64,000 bases of DNA from a virus. Under the pieces are notes generated by a model. That model saw only the letters and a list, made by a program, of their open reading frames with translations, was not told the DNA's origin and did not search any database. Position 1 is the stretch's first letter. The number at the start of each line of letters is the position of its first letter. Shown one piece after another: positions 50,901-58,082 of this stretch. The position numbers and the translations under genes were made by a program. Where the stretch lies: positions 1 to 64,000 of IMG/VR virus record IMGVR_UViG_3300035670_010555. The stretch is one strand, 5' to 3'.

Positions 50901-51189
50901 AAAGTTGATTTGATTGTTGCAAATATGACTTTGCAATATATGCAGCTTCATACTTAGGGATTTGTGTGTTTATAAATTTTGTAGGTTCAGTCCCCCCAAA
51001 ATATGATTGAAACTCATCGTAGTTCGTGATGAAGATAGGTTCGAATGCGGGACCTTTGATTGTTTCCCCGACTAAACCTAACGTAGTCACACCTACACTT
51101 TGAGCCACAAATGATAAGTCAGTTTCAGACGTATATACTCCAGGCGATACGTATACCTTTTGATTTACTTGTGTTGCTTGAAAAAACAT
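47980..51189 (-). CDS. Contractile tail sheath protein (T4 gp18-like)
   Basis: VSPGVYTSETD N-terminus; YYPW, PWFASAGYTRG, LYQGRINPI, WGNKTLQ, RLNVRRLL, LKPTKALEFI. Confidence 0.95.
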   Translation of the reverse strand: MFFQATQVNQKVYVSPGVYTSETDLSFVAQSVGVTTLGLVGETIKGPAFEPIFITNYDEFQSYFGGTEPTKFINTQIPKYEAAYIAKSYLQQSNQLFVTRILGLSGYDAGPSWSIKVTANVDPLTIGLSPVTGTTWSADFTGSSSGNTVEFVGGALPSEVLAKFNSQYRLSDGSTSTLGLDFTSNLDNIMDTPSLSANTAVVYGVLPESDFYDLTATYSNIINEYACDTVNLATNDLSSDENDPWYYANFDITSGNAYSGYSFFYYVSSLTSGASSTFSGTISGTVYNYSGTAYSEYNNMVVATLRSRGISLYTNSTTSDNHGPIYEVSGLTDLQLVCTEQYSGVTQSPFESFLISGVTKDNDNFSFETSMSASSPKYITKVLGVDNFGKSRNEVPVYVEEIYPGTLAYAYNQGYIRGLNCNLIALEGARSQDPQSIAYNVTQYKSPSTPFLVSELRGNKVYNLFKFISISDGNAANTEVKVSITNLSFNNMSFDVLVRNFFDTDANPVVIEKFTNCNMNPNSNNFVAKKIGSSDGEYALISRYIMIELADEAPIDAIPCGFYGYTQREYSSVSNPSPVPIFKTKYYFPGEVIYNPPFGAPTDVTESSGDIVRRSYLGFSSQFGIDDSFLQYKGTQNPLNWVDSPLPVEGATWNYLSKGFHMDSGATVVTISNSSLTSGQTAFECGVADFTRDPETQENPYYFIFSRKYTVCFAGGFDGWDIYREFRTNEDRFQIGATGFLAGASPSQRYPNATGTGLFKRIVVQNNTQDFANTDYYAYLLGILTFANPESTNINVFATSSIDYVNNSNLVEEAIDMVQFSRADSVYIATTPDYQMFTPDATNPQDIIYPQEAVDNLDNTGIDSNYTATYYPWILTRDTVNNTQIYLPPTGEVCRNLALTDNIAFPWFASAGYTRGLVNSIKARVKLTQEDRDTLYQGRINPIATFSDVGTVIWGNKTLQVADTALNRLNVRRLLLQARKLISAVAVRLLFEQNDQIVRQQFLDSVNPILDSIRRDRGLFDFRVTVSSSPEDLDRNTLTGKIYLKPTKALEFIDIEFFITPTGASFENI

Positions 51190-51223
51190 AGTTCAAAATT
51201 ATTGTTAGCAAATTTATTTTAAT

Positions 51224-51231
51224 GATAAATA
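51224..51231 (-). promoter_or_regulatory. Putative late-promoter box TATTTATC
   Basis: 34 nt upstream of the sheath ATG, the same spacing as for the tube gene. Confidence 0.5.
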
Positions 51232-51291
51232 TTCATATCTGAGTGAAAAAACTTGACTTTTGAATATCTATTTGTAAGGAGTATGAATTTA

Positions 51292-51310
51292 TTCTACCTT
51301 TTTTCTACCT
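51292..51310 (+). promoter_or_regulatory. Direct repeat TTCTACCT x2 (11-nt period), candidate operator
   Basis: Copies at 51292-51299 and 51303-51310, abutting the ATG of the RHH-like gene. Confidence 0.4.
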
Positions 51311-51472
51311 ATGAAAACAACTAAAGAAATAAAGAATATCAAAATATCCCCTGAATCCCACGAGATATTAAAAAAGTACTGTGAAAAGCGTGGAATAAAA
51401 ATCTACAAGTTTTTGGAAAATCTTATTATAGAAAATTGTAAAGAGAAGAAAGATATTTACGGGGAGGACTAA
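51311..51472 (+). CDS. Ribbon-helix-helix-like DNA-binding protein (53 aa)
   Basis: Not in the ORF track: MKTTKEIKNIKISPESHEILKKYCEKRGIKIYKFLENLIIENCKEKKDIYGED*; strand-helix-Gly-helix pattern. Confidence 0.75.
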   Translation: MKTTKEIKNIKISPESHEILKKYCEKRGIKIYKFLENLIIENCKEKKDIYGED

Positions 51473-52509
51473 ACTAACTGAGATTCGAATTCGATGTTGG
51501 ACTCTAAGTCATTATCATTTTTGACAACATCAATTCTTAAAATATCATTTGTTGTGATTTGAATTTCGGAAACATCAGTACCAAAATAATCCCCATTTAT
51601 ATATACATCAAAACTATCAACATTAGTTGATTTAATTAAAGATAAGTTTGCTCTAAAATCAATAATTTCACTTAAAGTGTTATTCCCAACTATATATAAA
51701 AAGTTGGATAAAAATTCGTCAGGATTTTTAGGAAACTTTGGTCTTCTTCTCTTCAACACCGTGTTGTCCAACTCCATAATTTGCGAGACTCTGGCGATTG
51801 CTGGTTTAACTTCAAATTCCTCTTCATCAATCAAATAACCTAACATAGTAAAGTCATAATTTTGAATAAAATATTTTCTAGCATCAACCTGCATTTGTGA
51901 CTCGTCAGATATATTATTAAGAACAATTGGAACATATTGACCTTTGATAAAAGTATATGCTTGCCTTGAAGAAAACTTTTGCATAATAATCTTATTCAGT
52001 TGGTTAAGTTCTCTCATTCTGTTACAAATAATTTTCACACTATAATTAATGTCAACAGGTACGGGTTGAGGGATTGTGTAAATGTCCATACCCTGTTCAT
52101 TACCATTCCAAGTTGGCACAGAAGCGTAATAAAATTGTTTTCTATTTGGTATTGTATATTGTAAAGCCGGATTTGTACCGTACTTAACTTCGGGTTGTCT
52201 AACAACAGTTATGAATGGAGGTTCAGGATTGAAATCCAAGTTGGTAAATAAAGCCGTTTCAACATATTGAGACCAATTTTGTGTCGTGATTATAATATCA
52301 ACCATCGGAATAATTTTTCCCGCTGTCACAACTTTAAGATCTTCTTTGACAAAATCCAGCATTCCCCTATCCAAATCAGCGTGTAATACTGACTTTGGTA
52401 AATAAGTTCCATCTTTGTTTATAAACTCAAGAAGTTGTTCTCTTCTTGCGTACAAAGTTTTCTTTGGGACTAAAGGTAATGTAGGTTTAACTTGTTTTGG
52501 TAAAGGCAT
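51469..52509 (-). CDS. Tail terminator / sheath stabiliser (T4 gp15-like)
   Basis: PPFITVVR...IPQPVPVDINYSVKI...NQLNKII...YDFTMLGYL; located upstream of the sheath gene. Confidence 0.65.
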   Translation of the reverse strand: MPLPKQVKPTLPLVPKKTLYARREQLLEFINKDGTYLPKSVLHADLDRGMLDFVKEDLKVVTAGKIIPMVDIIITTQNWSQYVETALFTNLDFNPEPPFITVVRQPEVKYGTNPALQYTIPNRKQFYYASVPTWNGNEQGMDIYTIPQPVPVDINYSVKIICNRMRELNQLNKIIMQKFSSRQAYTFIKGQYVPIVLNNISDESQMQVDARKYFIQNYDFTMLGYLIDEEEFEVKPAIARVSQIMELDNTVLKRRRPKFPKNPDEFLSNFLYIVGNNTLSEIIDFRANLSLIKSTNVDSFDVYINGDYFGTDVSEIQITTNDILRIDVVKNDNDLESNIEFESQLV

Positions 52510-52515
52510 CTTTTT

Positions 52516-52677
52516 TTATTTTTCAGAATTATCATGTCCACATTTATGACACATGTAAGGGTCTTTCCCTCCTTCAGATAATTTCCAAGACCAACCACAT
52601 TCATCACAAATAACTTTCTCTTTGGTGACCTTTTCAACTATTCGAGCCAGCTGAGTTTCCCTAACAATAATTTTCAT
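52516..52677 (-). CDS. Small zinc-ribbon protein (53 aa)
   Basis: Not in the ORF track: MKIIVRETQLARIVEKVTKEKVICDECGWSWKLSEGGKDPYMCHKCGHDNSEK*; two CxxC pairs; TAATG overlap with the upstream gene. Confidence 0.8.
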   Translation of the reverse strand: MKIIVRETQLARIVEKVTKEKVICDECGWSWKLSEGGKDPYMCHKCGHDNSEK

Positions 52678-53192
52678 TATATTCCCCTAAATTCGTTTTC
52701 ACTAACATAAGTGGCAATAACAGTTCTATAGAAAGGTTTATATCCACCATATGTATGTTTATTATCAGATTTTACAAATCCATCATCGACAACAGAATAA
52801 TACCTAACTCGGTCTTCAGACTCGTAGTATCCAATGTAATCACCCATAAATATTTCAACACCCATATCATCCAAAGTTTTTTGATAGATACTAAATTTCA
52901 TATTACCAGGTTCTTGTTGTTCTATCTTGGAAGTTCCAAGATTTTTATTGACAGGTGCCATAACTTGAACCAATCCCTTCAGTTCAACAGGTGCAAGAAA
53001 CTGTATCCCATCTTCCAACACTTCTCCATATACATCATCAGTTTTCGTCTTTCTTCTATCAATACGGTAAAGTACTATAGTGAAATTCATATCACCGATT
53101 AGCCATTCTTCACCCATACCGATATCTAAACTATAATCTTCGGCTCCGAAGAATTTACCTAATCTTGAAATTGGAACTAACTTTTCTCCCAT
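52677..53192 (-). CDS. Head closure / neck protein (T4 gp14-like)
   Basis: IVLYRID...DDVYGE...PVELKGLV motif; upstream of the gp15-like gene. Confidence 0.6.
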   Translation of the reverse strand: MGEKLVPISRLGKFFGAEDYSLDIGMGEEWLIGDMNFTIVLYRIDRRKTKTDDVYGEVLEDGIQFLAPVELKGLVQVMAPVNKNLGTSKIEQQEPGNMKFSIYQKTLDDMGVEIFMGDYIGYYESEDRVRYYSVVDDGFVKSDNKHTYGGYKPFYRTVIATYVSENEFRGI

Positions 53193-53215
53193 TATATTAT
53201 ATGATTACCTATATG

Positions 53216-53246
53216 TTGATAAATACTCAGTTTATAACTATATTTT
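53216..53246 (+). promoter_or_regulatory. Possible Bacteroidota-type promoter TTG-N20-TATATTTT for the SNF2 helicase
   Basis: One mismatch to TAnnTTTG; overlaps the divergent late box. Confidence 0.4.
53218..53225 (-). promoter_or_regulatory. Putative late-promoter box TATTTATC
   Basis: 25 nt upstream of ATG 53192. Confidence 0.5.
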
Positions 53247-53267
53247 AATCAAATATTTTTCTTATAG

Positions 53268-55019
53268 ATGGATGTAAGTCTAGAATCGAAAGCATTATCA
53301 CTATTGGAATCTTATGAAGGTGGAAATAACTATTTACTTGAACTCAAACGAAAGTCTCAAATAAATAAAAGATTCTATCCAACAAGAAGCCAATCTGAGT
53401 ATATTATCAATAACCATAACAACCAACCAAAGGTTGCAAAGAAATGGGTCATACTAGATGCGTACTTTGCCAAAAAGTTAGCCGATGATAAATTATATAC
53501 CGTAATACCTGATAAAGTATGGGTTGAAAAATTATTGTGTGACACAGAAAAAGCTTTTCACATTTGGGGTAAGGTATTCGAAACTGAAGAATTCCACGAT
53601 TTTTGGTTACCAAAAGCTGCGATTATAAAAGACAATTCAGTTAAAGATGTTGTCATAGATTATAAAAAATATTCTCATAGACCCCCACTCGAACATCAAA
53701 AAGAAGCAATCCAAAAACTTGTTGAAAACAAAAAATACATATTGGCTGATGATATGGGTTTGGGGAAAACAACTTCAACGATCATCGCAGCTTTAGAAAC
53801 GGGAGCAAAGAAAATTCTAATCATTTGTCCAGCAACTCTTAAGATAAATTGGAAACGAGAAATTGAAAATTATTCAGATAGGTCGATATTCATATCAGAA
53901 GGAAAAACTTTTAGTACCGAACACGATTTCGTAATCATAAACTACGACATTATCAAAAACTTTCATGACACTAAGAAAAAAGATGAATCGCAAGTTATTG
54001 CTGCCAATTTTGATTTGGTGGTCGTTGACGAAGCTCACTATATCAAAAATCCTACAGCCCAAAGAACAAAACTAATAAACGACATCGCCAAAGGAGTTGA
54101 TAGATTATGGTTGTTAACAGGAACACCGATGACATCAAGACCTATGGATTATTTCAATCTATTACATCTTATTGAGTCGCCTGTTGCTAAAAATTGGATG
54201 GCTTACGCAATCAGATATTGTAGTGGGTATCAATTCAATGTTGGAGGACGTAAAGTTTGGAACGTAACAGGTTCATCCAATTTGGAAGAATTAAGAGACA
54301 GAACGACAGGTCTTGTGTTACGAAGACTCAAAGAAAACGTATTGGACTTACCCGAAAAAATAATAACCCCCGTTTATCTTAGATTGAAATCCAAAGCATA
54401 TGAAGAAGTTATGGGAGAGTATTATGATTGGTATGATAAGAACCCTGAAGAATCCAAATCATTAACGGTACAGTTTACCAAGCTTACCAAAGTACGACAA
54501 ATCATTGCCGATGAAAAAATACTTCAAACAATTGAAATTGCCGAAAACATTATTGAACAAGATAAGAAGGTAATTATTTTCTGTAACTTCACCGACTCTC
54601 TGAATAAAATTTGTCAACACTTTGGAAAAACTGCAGTCAAAGTGGATGGTTCGATGTCCAAATCTGAAAGACAACATAGTGTGGATAGTTTCCAAGAAAA
54701 TGATAAGGTCAAAGTATTTGTTGGTAACATTAAAGCTGCGGGAGTTGGTTTAACTTTGACTGCTGGTGAAGCGGTAATTATGAACGATCTATCATTCTTA
54801 CCATCTGACCACGCTCAAGCAGAGGATAGAGCATATAGATACGGTCAAAAAAACAACGTACTAGTTTATTACCCAATATTCGAAAATACAATCGAAGGAA
54901 TTATCTATGACATATTAAATAATAAAAAACAAGTCATAGCAACCGTAATGGGGGATAACCTTAATTCATCTGATATGGCTGAAGAAATTTTGAAGAGAAT
55001 AAACGAAATCAGAAAATAA
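53268..55019 (+). CDS. SNF2-family (SMARCAL1/HARP-like) helicase
   Basis: LADDMGLGKT, VVDEAH, LLTGTP, GVGLTLT, QAEDRAYRYGQ. Confidence 0.93.
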   Translation: MDVSLESKALSLLESYEGGNNYLLELKRKSQINKRFYPTRSQSEYIINNHNNQPKVAKKWVILDAYFAKKLADDKLYTVIPDKVWVEKLLCDTEKAFHIWGKVFETEEFHDFWLPKAAIIKDNSVKDVVIDYKKYSHRPPLEHQKEAIQKLVENKKYILADDMGLGKTTSTIIAALETGAKKILIICPATLKINWKREIENYSDRSIFISEGKTFSTEHDFVIINYDIIKNFHDTKKKDESQVIAANFDLVVVDEAHYIKNPTAQRTKLINDIAKGVDRLWLLTGTPMTSRPMDYFNLLHLIESPVAKNWMAYAIRYCSGYQFNVGGRKVWNVTGSSNLEELRDRTTGLVLRRLKENVLDLPEKIITPVYLRLKSKAYEEVMGEYYDWYDKNPEESKSLTVQFTKLTKVRQIIADEKILQTIEIAENIIEQDKKVIIFCNFTDSLNKICQHFGKTAVKVDGSMSKSERQHSVDSFQENDKVKVFVGNIKAAGVGLTLTAGEAVIMNDLSFLPSDHAQAEDRAYRYGQKNNVLVYYPIFENTIEGIIYDILNNKKQVIATVMGDNLNSSDMAEEILKRINEIRK

Positions 55020-55032
55020 ACTGATTTTGTAT

Positions 55033-55040
55033 TATTTATA
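55033..55040 (+). promoter_or_regulatory. Putative late-promoter box TATTTATA
   Basis: On the + strand, 17 nt upstream of a + strand gene. Confidence 0.55.
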
Positions 55041-55057
55041 GTAAATTAAAGCCAACA

Positions 55058-56596
55058 ATGAATAAAACAGAAGAAAAGATTCAACAACTCGAATTACAGA
55101 TTGTAGAACAAAAAGTAACCAGAGAAAAAGAGTTGTTAATCACCGAAATGAAAAAAATAGGAATTGAGAAACTACCATATTCCTATTCCGCCCTCAAACA
55201 ATTTATTGACCCCGAAACAATGGATTTCCATTATAACAAACATTACAAGGGGTATGTTGATAAATTAAACGATGCTCTATCCAAGAAAAAATATGGAGAT
55301 TTAGAGTTAGAACAAATAATCAAAACAATAAGCCGATTTGACAAAACAATTAGAAATAATGCAGGTGGAGCATTTAACCACGCATTGTTTTGGAACATGC
55401 TAACACCTGAACCCAAAAGACTCAAAGGGGATTTACAGAAAAAAATTATCAAAGAGTTCGGTAGCTTCATTTTATTTAAGAAAAAGTTCGAAGAAATTGC
55501 CAAAGAAAGATTCGGGTCAGGATGGGTTTGGTTAGTTTTAACTGGTAGAAATACTTTGAAAATTATGTCCACCCCAAACCAAGATAACCCTTTGATGAAT
55601 ATTATTGAAGGTGGTGGATTTCCGTTATTAGGTTTGGATTTATGGGAACATGCATATTATCTCAAGTATAAAAACAAAAGAGACGAATATATTTCTAACT
55701 TTTGGAAAGTGGTGAATTGGGAATTTGTTTCCAAACTTTATGATATGAAAACAGAAACAAAACTTTTGGAATCTGTTGAAATGAAAAAAATTATCAAAGA
55801 ATTCAAGGAACCAAAATTTTGTGATTCAAATGAAATTACTTTTTATAAAGAATTAATCAACAATCCAAAGATAAAAAAATTATACCAAGAAGGTGTTACT
55901 GATGTTTTGAAAAAAGTATTTCATGAATATTGGGTGGAGAGTAATGAGAAAGAAATGTCTGGCTTTTATGGGATTGAATCCGACAGTGCTAGATCAGTTT
56001 TGAATAATTTGAATACCAACTTTAACACTTTTTGTTTATTAACAAAAGCAATCAATAGACAGATAGAATCGATTAACAAACCAAACAAAAAATTCGATTT
56101 TTCCATCAAAGAGAAACGAACAATTAGTGAGGTCAATAGACTTATTGCTGCGTTAGATTATTTCAAAAAAGAAATTTTTACAAAAAACAACGAAGATTTT
56201 GTTAACATTATAAGTGTGTTATTAAAACTTTGGGATAGAGGGCAAAAATCTGAAGACAAAGTTCTTTCTAAAATAGAGCAATATTTCGGTAAAGATTCTT
56301 CAGTTGAAAAGATAGGTGGCCATGGTCAGAAAAGTGACGCATTCAAAGGTATTGATTTGATTGTCAATGTTGGTGGTAAAAAACACACCGCTCAAGTGAA
56401 ACCTTTTTCTTCTATAAAAAAAGAAGGAGATAAAATCACAGTTTTGAATACAGGTAACGTTAAACCATATAACGTAGATTGGATGATATTTATAAACACT
56501 AAGTCTAATAAAATTCTAATTATTGAGAATAATCCGATTGAGAGCCGTGACCAATATGTTTTCAATGTGTCATCTCTAATTCACGAAATAGATTAA
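55058..56596 (+). CDS. Fe/Mn superoxide dismutase fused to a C-terminal PD-(D/E)xK nuclease-like domain
   Basis: LPYSYSAL, HYNKH, NNAGGAFNHALFW, FGSGWVWL, TPNQD, DLWEHAYY; C-terminal GQKSEDKV...GIDLIV...TAQVKP. Confidence 0.85.
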   Translation: MNKTEEKIQQLELQIVEQKVTREKELLITEMKKIGIEKLPYSYSALKQFIDPETMDFHYNKHYKGYVDKLNDALSKKKYGDLELEQIIKTISRFDKTIRNNAGGAFNHALFWNMLTPEPKRLKGDLQKKIIKEFGSFILFKKKFEEIAKERFGSGWVWLVLTGRNTLKIMSTPNQDNPLMNIIEGGGFPLLGLDLWEHAYYLKYKNKRDEYISNFWKVVNWEFVSKLYDMKTETKLLESVEMKKIIKEFKEPKFCDSNEITFYKELINNPKIKKLYQEGVTDVLKKVFHEYWVESNEKEMSGFYGIESDSARSVLNNLNTNFNTFCLLTKAINRQIESINKPNKKFDFSIKEKRTISEVNRLIAALDYFKKEIFTKNNEDFVNIISVLLKLWDRGQKSEDKVLSKIEQYFGKDSSVEKIGGHGQKSDAFKGIDLIVNVGGKKHTAQVKPFSSIKKEGDKITVLNTGNVKPYNVDWMIFINTKSNKILIIENNPIESRDQYVFNVSSLIHEID

Positions 56597-56602
56597 TAAA
56601 GA

Positions 56603-56610
56603 TATTTATA
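56603..56610 (+). promoter_or_regulatory. Putative late-promoter box TATTTATA
   Basis: 4 nt upstream of ATG 56615. Confidence 0.55.
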
Positions 56611-56614
56611 TTAT

Positions 56615-57742
56615 ATGTCAGCAATACCAGAACCAGAACGAAGTAGGATATACACTAGAATTAAACACCAATTAGGTGCTCCACTCAGAAGTGTCGAACT
56701 CGAAGACGAAATGTTGGATTCACTAATGGAATTAGCCATAGGGGACTATGAAGAATATATCCTTCAGTGGTTAATCGATTCACAGTGGGTTAATCTCGTA
56801 AACTTGAATATGAACGAAAGGTCAGTTGCCAGAGCGTTGGTAACTCGAACTATGGATTTTGAACAACAATTCAGTTATTCATATTCGAAAATTGTGGGTC
56901 TACAAACCACAGGCCCTTGGGTTCTAAAAAAAGATTATTTTATTTTAAGTGCTAATACACAAACTTACGAAATTCCCGCAGGACGAGAAGTAAATGAATT
57001 GTTGTGGTTTTCTAATCAACCTTGGACAGCATTTGGATTAGGAGGGGTTGGAGGATTCGGATTCGGAGGTATCGGATTAGGGGCTAATGAAGCTGGTTAT
57101 GCTCAAATGGGATATCAAGGGTCATACTTTATGATGTCAGGATTTGACTACTTAATTAGAATGCAAGAGGCGAATATTCTAAACAGAATCTTAGGAGGTT
57201 CCTTAACATATAGAATTACTGGTCTTCCTGATGGAAAAAGACTTATCCACTTATATAACACTCCTGGAGGAAGATTCAATTGGAATAACTACAGTTTGTA
57301 TGTTGGTAAAGCGGTATGGTATTGGTATTATGATGTTGAACCTGATAGTCGAGCCGATTGTTTGAAGAACAATCCTGACATTATCAAACTACCTACTGAT
57401 GTACCTATTGAAGAATTGACTTGGACTGACCTAAATGTGCCAGGCCAACAATGGGTTAGAAGATGGTTCACCGCTTATTGTAAAGAAACTTTGGCAAGAG
57501 TAAGAGGTAAATATAGTGGTAATCTTAAGACACCTGATAGTGAGATAGTTATGGACTATCAGAGTTTGTTAACTGAGGCTAAAGATGAAAAAACTAAATT
57601 AATCGAAGAATTAATTGGTGCTGAAGGTTGGTTAACAAGATTGAGACCTGAAAAAGTAATGGAGAGAGAGGCATTAATTGCCGAAAATCTAAATAAACAA
57701 ATGAAGTTTAGAGCAATGCCTCGACAAATTTACGTAATTTAA
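56615..57742 (+). CDS. Neck / head-tail adaptor protein (T4 gp13-like)
   Basis: LGAPLRSVELEDE N-terminus; WVRRWFTAYCKETLARVRGKY...EAKDEKTKLIEEL C-terminus. Confidence 0.8.
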   Translation: MSAIPEPERSRIYTRIKHQLGAPLRSVELEDEMLDSLMELAIGDYEEYILQWLIDSQWVNLVNLNMNERSVARALVTRTMDFEQQFSYSYSKIVGLQTTGPWVLKKDYFILSANTQTYEIPAGREVNELLWFSNQPWTAFGLGGVGGFGFGGIGLGANEAGYAQMGYQGSYFMMSGFDYLIRMQEANILNRILGGSLTYRITGLPDGKRLIHLYNTPGGRFNWNNYSLYVGKAVWYWYYDVEPDSRADCLKNNPDIIKLPTDVPIEELTWTDLNVPGQQWVRRWFTAYCKETLARVRGKYSGNLKTPDSEIVMDYQSLLTEAKDEKTKLIEELIGAEGWLTRLRPEKVMEREALIAENLNKQMKFRAMPRQIYVI

Positions 57743-57746
57743 TTTT

Positions 57747-58082
57747 ATGGCAATAGTAAAATCAATACCTTCAAAAAGAATAATTAAGGGTGAAGTAATT
57801 AATGCTTCAGAAATTTCTGTAGTTTCCGAGACAAGTTACAAAACCAGCGGAGAGAGTTGTGTTATTGTAAGAGGTATTGCTCAAGCAGTTATAATTTTGG
57901 ATTCAACAAATACCGACCACGTTGTGGTTAAATCAATGACCAACCTCACCATACTTCCCGATGTCGGACTAATCGACGAAGAATATGATGAGGTTGTTGT
58001 TGATAAGTTTGCTTGTATTGAATTCAGATTTGTTGGTGGAAACTGGTACATCCTGTCAAGTGACGGACTTAAACAGTCATAA
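57747..58082 (+). CDS. Small beta-rich hypothetical protein
   Basis: 111-aa ORF directly after the neck gene; ends in FVGGNWYILS. Confidence 0.7.
   Translation: MAIVKSIPSKRIIKGEVINASEISVVSETSYKTSGESCVIVRGIAQAVIILDSTNTDHVVVKSMTNLTILPDVGLIDEEYDEVVVDKFACIEFRFVGGNWYILSSDGLKQS

Noticed and set aside
18801-53192. Bacterial extracellular contractile injection system or tailocin
   Set aside because: Interleaved with phage replication genes and neck proteins; no host housekeeping genes
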